From: Mobula hypostoma
Lineage: Eukaryota
DNA: 64,000 nucleotides
Assembly: GCF_963921235.1 (NCBI RefSeq)
Contig: NC_086097.1
Coordinates: forward strand, 13,826,001-13,890,000
Direction of reading: 5' to 3'
Within the stretch, counting starts at the first letter, position 1. The number at the start of each line of letters is the position of its first letter. Below the pieces are notes generated by a model. That model was not told the origin of the DNA. It saw only the letters and a program-made list of their open reading frames with translations, and did not search any database. Shown here in pieces: positions 1 to 11,830 of the stretch. Both the position numbers and the translations under genes were made by a program.

Positions 1-1696
1 TTACATTGGTCTTAGTTTTAGCCTTCTTCATCTTACTCTATGAGAACATTCTTCCACTTCCTTCTCCCTCAGTTAGAAGTATTCATGGTGTTTCCTCTCA
101 TCCTCTCTGGTGAGCTGGCCATCTCTGTTGTGGGGCATCCATCTAAAACATTTGCCCAGTTGTACTCTCTGCACTAGTCCAGCTTGCCTTTCTGAGCATG
201 TCCCACACTCTGCCATCAGCAGAAAATTGCACAGAGAAGTGTAAATTAATCTCTTGTTACCTCTCTTTAACCTATTTGTTTCAATGCCCCATCCTCATGG
301 AAGCCTATCACAGAATTCCCCTTTGTCATATCCATCTCTTCCACCATCTTCTCTGCAATTTAAAACCTTCTTTGTTATAGTACTGTGCAAAAGCGTTAGG
401 CATGAATATTTAGATAGGGTGCCTAAGATCTGACCTGGCGCTTAAATTGGCTAAAAAGTGGCTTGTTCCTCATTCTCGGACCTGGTCCCTGCCCCCCGAG
501 ACCCTCTCAGGCCCAGGACCCGCTGCCTCGATTCCAATCCCTATCCAATCCCACCCTGCGCTTAAATCTGTCAAACCTCAGCTTATTCCTCACTCATGGG
601 TCCGGGTCCGGGCCCAGCCACTTCAAATACACTCCAGCAACCAGACATTGGCTCATTCCCTGCTCTCAGGCCTGGCCCCGCTGCCTTGATTTAGCCTGTA
701 CACACCATGCCAAAACCATCCTTCACCTTTAAGACTTTGGTTCACACCGCAAAAATGTTAGGTTGTACAGGTGGTTCAACAGTCCAACTCCGAAAGAGAA
801 ATTCCAGGCTATTTATTGCAATGATCGTTTTTGAGAAAAAAATGTGATTAATAGAGTAATTAGTAAAGGTAGATCTTCCCTCTGCCTTTTCCTTGGGTTT
901 ACCCACAGTGGCAGCAGGACCCCCAATAATTATTAACACACCAGCTTTCAAACACGGATTCAAAGACTATTATTTGTACTGAGGGCTTAATTCCTGCTCA
1001 GAATACCTCAATTATATTAATTGCCCCTGATGATCCTAATGGAGGTTGAGTTTGGACAGCAAAAACCAACACAGAAAAATGCTCTGAGATTCATTTTAAA
1101 CTGCCAGGCATGGGTTGGGCATTTCACTCAGCAAGACTATGATGACAGACAGCAGAATACATAGCTTGACACCAAGGATAAAAAGTGTAATCATACTCTT
1201 CGAGTTTCAATAGGACTAGACCCATATTCCTTTTCAATTCCTTCAGGGCTAGTTGATTTTCAGACTGCACTCTCTTGTATAGATCCTCGATCATTCAAGA
1301 ATACTATCCATTAATCTGAAGTGGTTGTTTGCTCCCCGTGGGAATAGGTCATTGTCTCTTCTGTGGCCCCGTTTGTACAGGGTTGCTTCCAAATCTCTCT
1401 TCAAGAAATACCCTGAATTTTACTGACGGCTCTCCTGGTTGAGGTTGGGTCCTGTGCATTAGCTCACAGGAAGAGATGAATTTTAGTTTCATTCCTTAGG
1501 TTATTCATTCAGGGGTTCTGGCATCCCAAGATTTATTGCAGATTGCCAATTGCCCCTGAATGGAAAGTCAGCCATATTACTGTTGATCTGACATCATATA
1601 TAGATGAAAAAGGATGATAGACTCCCCTCTGCATTAGATAATAGTGAACAAAATGAGTCTTACATCAATGTATTTGTCTTAAACATGAGAAAGTCT

Positions 1697-2043
1697 CACC
1701 ACCCAGTACATACCTATTCCCATTGTTACTGTTAAGAAGATGGTACAGAAGCCGAAAGGCACACACTCAGCGATTCAGGGACAGCTTCTTCCCCTCTGCC
1801 ATCTGATTTCTAAATCGGCATTGAACCCATAAACACTACCTCACTACTTTATTTATTTCTGTTTTTGCACCATCTATTTTAACTTTATATAAAATACACA
1901 CACACACACACACACACATAAATATATATACTTACTGTAATTCATTTTTTCCCATATTTATCATATATTTCATTGTACTGCTGCTGCAAAGTTAACAAAT
2001 TTCACGACATATGCCGATGATATCACATCTGACTCTGATTCTG
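1697..2043 (+). mobile_element. 3' end of a Rex1/Babar-type LINE with (ATTCTG) tail
   Basis: Degenerate ORF end (...gattcagggacagcttcttcccctctgccatc), AT-rich 3'UTR with (CA)n, ending ctgactctgattctg. The same terminus recurs at about 31040, 51060, 56845 and 58190. Confidence 0.6.
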
Positions 2044-2160
2044 AGATGCTGGAAATTCAGAGCAACACCCACAAAATGCTGGAGGAACTCAGCAGTCTAG
2101 GCAGCATCTATAGAAATGAATAGATAATCGACGTTTTGGGCTGAGACTTTTCTTTAGGAC
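2043..2160 (-). mobile_element. Old Penelope-like terminal repeat fragment with decayed hammerhead motif
   Basis: gatgctggaaattc...ggaggaactcagcag...cagcatc...tcgacgttttgggctgagac is a diverged match to the terminal repeat of the element at 40623-42569. Confidence 0.6.
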
Positions 2161-2287
2161 ACTTCATGTATCTTTGTTTCATGGTCAGCATTGCTGACAC
2201 TAGATTTTATATTCTAGCATTATTCACTGAAAAGTGGATTTTAAACTAACATCTCTGGGTTACTATCAAATATTGAAAGGCATAGAT

Positions 2288-2367
2288 CAGGGTTTCCCAA
2301 TCTCTTTTATGCCATGGACCCCTACCGTTAACCGAGGGGTCTGTGGGCCCCAGGTTGGGAGACCCTG
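2288..2367. mobile_element. 80-bp hAT (Charlie-like) MITE
   Basis: TIRs cagggtttcccaa / ttgggagaccctg; imperfect 8-bp flanks gcatagat / ccctagat. Related copies at 7445-7524 and 45872-45935. Confidence 0.7.
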
Positions 2368-2371
2368 CCCT

Positions 2372-2720
2372 AGATATAGAGGGTGTGGAGAGGATGTTTC
2401 CTATGTTGGGGTAGTCTAGAATCAGAGGACACAGCCTCAGAATAGAAGGATGTCCCTTTAGAACAAGCATGAGGAGGAATTTCTTCGGCCAGATGGTGGT
2501 GAATCTGTGGAATTTATTGCCACAGATGGCTGTGAAGCCCAAGTCATTGGATATACTTAAAGAGGAGTTTGATAGTTTCTTGATTAGTCAAGGCATCAAC
2601 AGTATGGAGAAATAGCAGAGAATTGGTATGAGTCGAATCATAAGTCAGCCATGGTGGGATGGCAGAGCAGATGTAATGAGCTGCATGGCCTAATTTTCCT
2701 CCTATGTCTTATGTCTGATG
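2372..2720 (+). mobile_element. CR1 LINE 3' fragment (older family)
   Basis: Encodes the CR1 ORF2 end (RGHSLRI...RNFF...VVNLWN) followed by the CR1 3'UTR. Confidence 0.75.
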
Positions 2721-3371
2721 TCTAAAACAGGTCGTGCTGGAATAATTCAGCAGGTCAGGCAGCATTTGTGGAGAGAGAATCAAAATTAGTGATGGAAATT
2801 GATGACCTTTCATCAGAGCACATTTCTAGCATTTTGCTATTGGATTTCTGGTTGATTACCGGTCTAGTAGCATTTTCACAATGCAGATGCATCCACCTTC
2901 ATACTAAGTCCCATTGTAAGTCTTCAGGAGGAAACCAAGCAATCTATTAACTGTGCAATTAGCCATAACGTTAAAGTTGCCAGAGTGAGCTGGGGTTTGC
3001 CTTGGTGACCCTCACAACACCCAGCAGTACATTAATCTCCTCAATTTCCCAAAGTGAGATTTTGACAGGGACCTGCCAACTAAGCAGAGGGAAATAGAGA
3101 AAGGTGCGAAGCAAAACTGTGAATAAACCTAAGAGGGAGAAATTACTGCAAATTCAGAATTGGTTCAATGGTATTTGAACAAAAACAGCCAAATTTTCTC
3201 AGTGGATCAGTGGATTTTTAAATTTGAATTTAGATTCTAATCAAGCCTTCATTTTCAGTGTTTTTGTATTCTATTTAAGAATTTAAATTCATACATGCTT
3301 GCACACACACATAGACACATATGTACACTGAGGTGTTGTCAGATTCACATACCAATATTCATGCACATATA

Positions 3372-3876
3372 TAGTACTGTGCTGAAGACTTATAGCAAGG
3401 GTGCCTAAGATCTATAGTAATTTTATGTATTGTACTGTACAGCTGCTGCCACCAAAAAAAACAAATTTCATGACATATGTGCTTGATGATAAATCTGATT
3501 CTGTTATGGACTGAGAGTGGGAAAGGGCAGGGACAGGGGAATTGCAGTTGGAAAAAGGGGAAGGGAGGGGAGAGGCAGCGGGAATCACTAGAGAGGCATT
3601 CTGTAATGATCAATAAACCAATTGTCTGGAATCAACTGACCTTGCCAGATGCCTCAGGCTGGGTGTGTCTGCATCCTCTCGATCCCCTGCCCCTGGCACT
3701 CCTACTCTGTCACCTGTCAAACACCCCTCCCCTGGTGCTCCACCCTCACCATTCCCAACAACCTTTACTCCTGCCTGATTTACAAACTCGCTCTCTGCTC
3801 CACATTGACAAATATATTCTTCGGCACCCAGCTGCTGTATATATATATATGTACCTAAGATTTGTGCACAGTACTG
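3372..3876 (+). mobile_element. Composite non-autonomous Tc1-like element, copy 1
   Basis: Degenerate cagtactgtgcaaaagtcttaggcac palindromic termini around a LINE tail and a ~310-bp body shared with four other copies. Confidence 0.7.
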
Positions 3877-4446
3877 TACATCAGATGTTTGACGAGACCC
3901 GGAACGCAGAGGTGAAGTGGAAATAGAATTCAATGCAAGTGAGCCACAGTGGATGGTAGAAGTTACAAAACCAAAGGGTATTCTCATAAATAAACACATG
4001 GAGGGAGCAAATGGCATAATGAGAAGGCAGGGCAGTGGCCATGGCCGAGCCTGTAGTCAGGCAAGAAGGAACATTGTTTCATTTGGTTGTATATATGTAC
4101 TGCCGGATGACAGTAAACTTGAACTTGGCTCGAAGGGCAGCAAGCGCATGGGGAAGTTTCCCTCCATATCATGCACCATACTAACTTGAATATAACTATT
4201 GGCATTCCTTCACTGTTGCTGGGTCACAATCCTGGGACTCTTTCCCGAATGGCATTATGGGTATATGGGCAAATGACAAGGACCGCAGCTATTGAAAAGG
4301 CAACTCACTGCCATTTTCTCAGGGGCAACTTGGGATGAGCAATCAAATATCAGCTCATCTTTTAAAGACCATATTTCTTGAAGGAGAGAAAAATGCACAC
4401 ACGAGTATGTGTGCCCCACCTTATCTACATATGCAGCTTCTAATTT

Positions 4447-4726
4447 GGGGTGGCATGGTAGTGTGGTAGTTAGCCCAAAGCTTTGCAGTACAGGCGAACC
4501 GGATTCAATTCCAGCTGCTGCCAGTAAGGAAATTGTACGTTCTCCACGTGACTGCGTGGGTTTCCTCCGGGTGCTCCAGTTTCCTCCCACAGTGCAAAGA
4601 TGTACCAGTTGGTAGGTTAATTGGTCATTGTAAATTGTCGCGTTATTAGGCTATGGTTAATTCGAGGGGGATTGCTGGGGAGCGTTGCTCGAAGTACTGG
4701 AAAGGCTTATTCCATGCTGTATCACA
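4447..4726 (+). mobile_element. tRNA-derived V-SINE (HE1-like)
   Basis: tRNA-like head (tggcatggtagtgtgg...ggattcaattcc) and V-domain gtgggtttcctccgggtgctccagtttcctcccacag. Similar copies at about 10020-10310(-), 21737-22015, 24752-24962, 39330-39475, 54295-54565, 55350-55600(-) and 60133-60435(-). Confidence 0.75.
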
Positions 4727-5375
4727 AATGACCTGACTTGGTCCAACCAAGCAGAGTTCACTGTCAAGGAGGCCCACCAGCGACTTTACTTCCTGAGAAA
4801 GCTAAAGGAATTTGGCCTGTCCCCTAAAACCCTCACTAATTTTTATAGACGCACCGTAGAAAACATTCTTCTAGGGTGCATCACAACCTGGTATGGAAGT
4901 TACCCTGTCCAAGACTGGAAGAAGCTGCAGAAGATCGTGAACACAGCCCAGCACATCACACAAACCAATCTTCCATCCTTTACACCGCATGCTGTCGGAG
5001 CAGTGCTGCCAGGATAATCAAGGACACAATCCACCCAGCCAACACATTTTTCATCCCTCTTCCCTCCAGGAGAAGACTCAGGAGCTTGAAGACTCGTACG
5101 GCCAGATATGGGAACAGCTTCTTTCCAACTGTGATAAGACTGCTGAGTGGATCCTAACCTGGATCTGGGCCGTACCCTCCAAATATCCGGACTTGCCTCT
5201 CGGTTTTTTTTGCACTACCTTACTTTCCCTTTCCTATTTTCTATTTATGATTTATAATTTAAATTTTTAATATTTACTATCGACTTATACTCCAGGGAGC
5301 GCGAAGCGCAGAATCAAATATCGCTGTGATGATTGTACGCTCTAGTATCAATTGTTTGGCGACAATAAAGAAAAG
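4727..5375 (+). mobile_element. Rex1/Babar-type LINE 3' fragment
   Basis: Peptides QRLYFLRKLKEFGLSPKTLTNFYR...WYG and RTARYGNSFFPTVIRLL are typical C-terminal motifs of this clade; 3'UTR ends near aataaa. Confidence 0.75.
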
Positions 5376-5439
5376 TAAATAAAGTGAAGTAAATCTAATA
5401 AATAAATAAATAATGTCTTCATATGCACAGATCTGCGCC

Positions 5440-5677
5440 ATGGACAGTCTCAAGCCTGGTTGCGAAACTAGGAGAATTGAGCATGGGGCTAGCAACCCCC
5501 ATCCGTAAAACCCAGTGCTACAGGAATGCCAACAGAAACTCCAAAGATCTCATCCTTGGCAGAGGAAGGATTTTTGATGGCCTACTTGAAAGACTGGCCC
5601 AGGACAGAGGACTCTGGTGAGGCACTCTCAGCTGCCTTTGCCCCAGCAGCGCTGGTGGGCTTAAGGAGAAGAAGAAA
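5440..5677 (+). mobile_element. Bipartite non-autonomous RTE derivative
   Basis: RTE 5'UTR-like motif ttgagcatggggctagcaacccccatccgtaaaa joined to an RTE ORF end (ERLAQDRGLW) and a (GAA)n tail. Confidence 0.55.
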
Positions 5678-6745
5678 AATGTACAGAGCAAAGTTAGATA
5701 CGTAGAATAGTAAAGAATCTTCAGATCGGCATGAGCGTGGGAATATATAGGCCAGAGAATGAAACAATAGGTCACTTTTGCTTCCTCAAGCACCAAATGC
5801 ATAACTAATTTCAAGATAAAAAGAGAATCAGATATGGGAAATAGAGAGAAAAACTCAAGCTGGGAATTTCTAATGTCCTTGAAAAACTGTTCATTAAACC
5901 ACCTCATAAAATTAGGGTATGGCTTTAAGCAGTTGGAGTGCAGTTTATTTCTGAGTAGCAAGTCCATTGCTTTTTCTTTCAAAATCTGGGAAAGTGCAGT
6001 AAAACTTTATTTCAATAAGCATAACAAGAAGCAATAAATATTCAGTGAAAAAAAATAGAGGGGAATAGATGCTCACTGTTTCCTCCATCTCACCTTGTTC
6101 TGACCTAGATATCTTGATGTAAGTCAACTTCTTATTTAAGTACTTCAAGTAATTAAAAAAATTATGCAAAAAATTTGGGAGGGGGTCACTGAGTTTTCAT
6201 TAATTTGATGGCAGCATCCTTAATGAGCAGGCTTGGCTGCAAAAGCTGATTGGTTGCTTGATTGTGTTAACTCTCTGGTATTTATAGTGATTTTTGCTTA
6301 CTTTCAGCAGCTCCCCTCTACCGACACAACCTAACCTCCAGTCTGCATATATGTGCACACATACAGACAAACACATTCAAGGTCAAGAGTGAAGTAAGGT
6401 GAAAAGATCTTTAGATAAGTAAAGGAAATGAAAAAGCAGACAAAAGTAGGTAGTAAATTATTTCTTAAGGTGAGGGGGTGTCTCCCTGCTTACTGGGAGC
6501 AATAAGACTGTAACTGCTTGTTCATCTATTTAAAGTTCAGTCTCAAACCAGCAGAATGCTACGTCCTGGCCACCTTCTCATTAAAATGGGAGCAATCACA
6601 ATGGAACAACATTGGTATTGTGATTTGTTATCAAGGTCACATAAAACATCCATTGAATTTTTCAAATTAAGCAGCTTTGCTTGCTATTTCTATTAGGATT
6701 TCTCTTCTGTTCCTTCCAGATATTTTTGACTTAATAATCCGGGAT

Positions 6746-7083
6746 TCAAAATTATGAGGGGTGTGGATCGGGTAAATGCAAACAGGCTGCTTCCGCTGAG
6801 GATGAGTGAGTCCAGAACTAGAGATTATTCATTAAGATGTTTAAGAGAACGTAAGGTGGAGCTTCTTCACTCAGAGGGTGGTGAGAGTGTGGAACAAGCT
6901 GCCGGTGGAAGTGGTAGATGAGGATTCAATTTCAGCATTTGACAGAAATTTGCATAAGTACATGGATGGTAGGGGTATGGAGGACTATGCTCCAGGTGCA
7001 GGACGATGGGACTAGGCAGAATAGTAGTTTGTCATGGATTAGATGGGCTGAAGGGCCTGTTTCTGTGCTGTAGTGTTCTATGA
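6746..7083 (+). mobile_element. CR1 LINE 3' fragment
   Basis: KIMRG...FFTQRVVRVWN motifs and tail gggctgaagggcctgtttctgtgctgtag. Confidence 0.75.
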
Positions 7084-7444
7084 GGCTAAAAATTGCTAAT
7101 CAAATCATGGGAATTGGGAATTTCATTTCAAGGTTTTAAATCAGCCATGATCATTCACAAGTGAGTTTAGCAGCAATAATTTGTGATAGCTTATCTCAGT
7201 ATCACCATAGTACTAATGATTGCTCCTCCTGTTTCTATGTTTTATAATACTCTATTAGTCACAGAGTCATAGACTTGTACAGTATGGAAACACAGAAACA
7301 TAGAAAATAGGTGCAGGAGTAGGCCATTCGGCCCTTCGAGCCTGCACCACCAAACAGACACTTTGGCCCAAACTGTCCATCCCAGCCAAAGTGCCCATTT
7401 TAAATAGTCCCGTTTCCCTGTACTTAACCCATACCCCTCTAAAC

Positions 7445-7524
7445 CAGGGGCTCTTAACCTGGGATCCATGGAAGCCTTGGTTAATGGTAGACGTCCATGG
7501 CATAAAAAAGTTTGGAAACCCCTG
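7445..7524. mobile_element. 80-bp hAT MITE inside a minus-strand CR1 fragment
   Basis: TIRs caggggctcttaa / ttggaaacccctg; 8-bp TSD ctctaaac / ctctaaaa. Confidence 0.75.
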
Positions 7525-8377
7525 CTCTAAAACTTTACATATTTTAATATCTGTCCAAATGTTATTAATGAACCTTCTTCAATCACTTACTCTGGCAGCT
7601 TGTTCTACCTATACACCACTCTCTGTGTGGAAATGTTGCCCCTCAAGTTCCTTTCAGATCTTACCCCTCTCACCTTAGGCCCATGTACATACTTGGTTCC
7701 CCAACCCTAGCAAAGGCACTAAAATGTGTTTACCCAACCTCTGTGCATCATGATTTTATATCCTCTATAAGATCTCAATCTCTGAAGTTACTAGGAGTAA
7801 AGTCTTGTCTACGTCCCTGTAGTCACGGTAGACTTGAAGACAATTTACATCTCTCAGTGCCTACAGGGGACTCGTATCATCATTAAAGACCCATCCCATC
7901 CCGACACTGTCTGTTCAATCTCCTGCCATCTGGTAGGAGATTCAGAAACATCTCAGCCAAGACAGTAAGACTGAAGAACAGCTTCTTCCCAAGAGCTATT
8001 GTGCAGCTGAATAATGCAACACCCCGGCTTGCCAATGGCCTTTGAGTGTTATGGACTATCAAAGTCACTTGTTGGATGTAAATATGGATTAGTCTTTAAT
8101 TAAGCTGTACCACATGTATTGTAAATATCTGTTTTGGATGGACTGGTGTATCACCACAATCCCGTCTTGAACAATGACAATAAAGTTCTCTTCTATTCTA
8201 TTCTGTAAATCCTTTCACCATTTGTTCCAGCTTCTTGGCACAGTTATTAGAGCAAGGTGGCCAAAAGTGAATGCAATAATCCAAATCAAACCTCATCAAG
8301 GTCTTGTACAACTGCAACAGGTTGTATATTGTGTACATTCTGATATTAAATGAAACTATTGAACTACCCCAAATTCT

Positions 8378-8912
8378 GTACTGGGAAGATGGTGTCGAAG
8401 AAGCTTATGAGAGGAAAAAGACCAAGTACTCTGAACTGGCAACTGAAGCTGCCCAGAACGGCTGGAAGACCAAGATTTTCCCTGTAGAAGTGGGATGCAG
8501 GGGATTCGTTGCTACATCTACGACCAGTCGATTGAAGAAGAAGGGGGTGAGGGGTCACCCCCTCCAACAAGCAATCAAGTCCTTGTCAAATGCAGCAGAA
8601 GAAAGCAGCAATTGGATTTGGATTAAAAGGAAAGACAACAACTGGGCTGCAAGATGAAGACAGGAGGGTATGGAACTGAGGGGGGTGTATCTGGGACGCC
8701 AGGTAGCACCGTTGAGCACTCTGGAGACATCGTGGGTGTATCAACGAAACATCAAAGAAGGAGGGTGTCCACCTGATGACCCCGATGACGTACCTACCCT
8801 CCCTCCCTATCACCACTCCAAACCAACTGCCAATATCGAGAGTGCCAACTTACCATAGGGATTGAAACATCAAGTCCTAGTAGCTCTACTTCTACTCTAC
8901 TTCTACTCTACT
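8378..8912 (+). mobile_element. 3' end of a restriction-like-endonuclease non-LTR retrotransposon (HERO/R4-like)
   Basis: Peptide WEDGVEEAYERKKTKYSELA...GWKTKIFPVEVGCRGF matches the RLE domain signature. Stop at 8657, then 3'UTR and (CTACT)n-like tail. Flanked by pieces of a minus-strand CR1. Confidence 0.7.
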
Positions 8913-10612
8913 CAGTACCCTGACTGATGAATGCCAGCATATCAAGAGCTTCCTTCAGCATGTTATCTTACCTGTGACACCAGTCACACTGCAGGCATTT
9001 TCCTCCAGGCTGCTGCCAGAGAGGACCAATTAATGGACCCATGGTAAGAAATCAAACTCGCCCTTAGCCAAGTAATTAGGCAAGAAATGGTCTATCAAGA
9101 GTGGGATGGGTGTGACTGTGTGTATACAGAGGTGTGTATGGGAGCAAGATCATAAAGTGGTAGGCCAAAGGTTCAATGCTTTCATTTGATATCAGAGAAT
9201 GTGTACAGTATACAGCTTGAAATCCTTACTCTTCTCAGACATCCAGGAAGCAAAAAGAAAAGCCCCAAAAAATGAATGGCAGAAAAAACGATAGAATCCC
9301 AAAGCCCTCTCTCTTCCTCCCACACACAAGAGCAGCAAAAGCATCAACACTCTTCCCCCACCCCACACTCCCACTTGTTCCTGCAACGGCATCAACCCCC
9401 CCGCCCCGTCAACCACCATGCAAGCAATAGCAAAGCCCATGATCTAGACTCCATCAAGATCTACAGTCCATCTCAACATTTTGACATCTCAAACAGGTTG
9501 TCTTTCTCATTAGTGAGGGAGGGAGAGAGAGAGATACATCACTCCTTATAAATGGAAATCCCATTGTATAGGTCTCATATCTTCTTTGCCTCAGATGTCC
9601 ATGTGCCACATGAACAAGGTAAATAATAGTCATTTTGGAGAGACTCCCATATTTAATGGTCTGGTATTCAAGCTCTGCCATGATGGCTGCGGAATATAAA
9701 CAGTTTTAAACTTATAATCTAAAATAAAACATTGGAATCAATGACAGTTACAATGAACACGCAGGATTGTTGTGAAAACACTCCTAGTTCATTAGCTTGT
9801 TGCGATCATTATCCAGCCGGATCTATAAATGAATCTAAAACACAGCAATATTGTTGTAGCAACTACTTGAAAACCAACTAAAAGTCGCTGAGGGGCTAAG
9901 TGAGGGAATATGTGCTTCGAAATAACTGCATTCCAAGTCCAAAAAGAATGTTTTAATCCATTATTTCAAACCAACAATAAAATTATTTGATTGTTCTGTA
10001 ATTCATGTTAATGTCAGGTTATTTATTTATTTACTTACTTAGATTATTGAGATACAGTGTGGACTAGGCCCTCCCGACCCTTAGAGCCGCACTACTCAGC
10101 AACCCCCCCCCCCCCCGATTCAGCTCTAGCCTAATCACAGGACAATTTGCAATGACCAATTAACCTACCAACCGGAGCACCCAGAGGAAGCCCATGCAGT
10201 CACCGGCAGAACATACAAACTCATTACAGGCAGCAGCGGGAATTGAACCCCGGTCTCTGGTACTGTAAAGTGTTTTGCTGACCACTACCACTACACTACT
10301 GTGCCATTCCTAACTAGTTAGCTAGTTACTGTCTGTTATGCCACTGGCAGAAAGGGCAGCAATGAAGGTTCTCCATCTCACTCTGTCCAAAACTAGTTTT
10401 AGTCTTGATCTTGGTGGTGTTCAGAGATTCCTTCGTCATACCAATAGCTTCCTCTCAGTTTTCACTGTTGTCAGTCATACAAATCCCAGGTGGAGACTCA
10501 GAAATTCCAGTGCATACAGTTAGAGGATTGTATAGGAGTGTATGCTGTAATGTACTGGAAACAGAGAACTCTAGAAGGGATGTATGTTTTATATTCATGT
10601 TCTTCATTAGAT

Positions 10613-10827
10613 AGCCGGCTGGTGACGTAGTGGCATCAGCGCCGGACTTCGAAGTGAAGGCTCCTGAGTTCAAATCCAGCCGGCTCCCTTGCACGTTTTC
10701 CATCCGTGCTGGGTTGAGTGTCGAGCTAGCAACTCTGCCTCGTGAAAATAAGAAAGCCAGCTAAAAATACACCGTCATGACGGCATCCCAATGACTCCAC
10801 TCGGAGTTAAGGGCTTTCTCCGTCTTC
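10613..10827 (+). mobile_element. tRNA-derived SINE with RTE-related body and (TTC)n tail
   Basis: A box tgacgtagtgg, B box gagttcaaatcc; 13-bp direct repeat ttcttcattagat at 10600-10612 and 10828-10840. Confidence 0.8.
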
Positions 10828-10981
10828 TTCTTCATTAGATTGCACATCTGTGCACAATGATACCTCATAAGTGACATTATTCTTATTTTCATACACTTTA
10901 CTTCCAGTCCACATAATTGGAAGAGCATAATCTTCAGATTATAAAACATATTTGACTTACTGAAAGGTATAATAATATGCA

Positions 10982-11140
10982 GGGGTGGTGGGGTGGAGTT
11001 ACATCTCTACCAAAGGAGATGGAAGGCACTTCTTCCCTCCGCTAGCCTGCAGATCACCCTTGGGCAAGGTGTAGCATCTGCTTACTTAGCAACCCCCCCA
11101 CCCCGATCAGGGTCACATGGTCATACGACATGGCATACAG
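10982..11140 (+). mobile_element. Internally deleted copy of the Bov-A-like RTE-derived element
   Basis: Matches the 5' part and extreme 3' end of the copies at 21223 and 25877. Confidence 0.65.
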
Positions 11141-11324
11141 CATGCCTCGACAATGAGTGGTGGGGGCAAGTAGCACAGATACGAATAAGGAGAATATAGA
11201 TAAATGAGAGGGAGAAAGAAAAATGATGAACAAGAAACTGTAGATGCTGGAACCTGCAGCAACAATCAGCTGGTGGAACTCAGTGGGTCGAGCAGCATCT
11301 CAGGAGGAAAGGAATTGTATTGCT

Positions 11325-11830
11325 ATTGGTTTATCATTGTCACATGTGCCGAGATACATTGAAGCACTTGCCTTGCATACTGTTCACACAGATCAAATCA
11401 TTACATAGTGCATTGAGCTAGAATTAGGTAAAACAGTAACAATGAAGAACAGAGTGTAAAGGCTACAAAGAGTGCAGAGCAGGAAAACAATTAAGTGCAA
11501 GATCATAATGAAGTAGATTGTGAGGCCAGGAGTCTCTCTCATTGTACAAGAGGTCCTGCCCAGAGTCTGGGATAGAAGCTGTCCTTGAGCCTGGAGGTAC
11601 GTGATTTCAGGCTTTTGTATCTTCAGGCCAATGGGAGAGGGGAGAAGAGAGAAGGCCCAAGGTGGCTGGGATCTTTGACAGCCAGCTGCTTTACTGAGGC
11701 AGTACAAAGTATAGACAGAGTCCATTGGGGACGTTGCTTCCTGTGTTGTGCTGAGCTGTGTCCACAACTCTACAATTTCTTGCGGTCACATGCTGAGCAG
11801 TTGCCGTACCGAGCTGTTAAGCATCCACAC
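11325..11830 (-). mobile_element. Rex1/Babar-type LINE 3' fragment
   Basis: Degenerate C-terminal coding on the minus strand followed by 3'UTR. Confidence 0.55.

Noticed and set aside
3477..4017. Overlapping 135-149 aa ORFs with similar peptides at 38031 and 47151
   Set aside because: The similarity comes from the non-coding composite repeat; frames and stops differ between copies.
8728..8790. GAAACAUC...CUGAUGA in the RLE element 3'UTR, suggesting a permuted hammerhead
   Set aside because: Bases next to the core cannot close stem I or stem II (C opposite C, A opposite C), so the fold is not supported.
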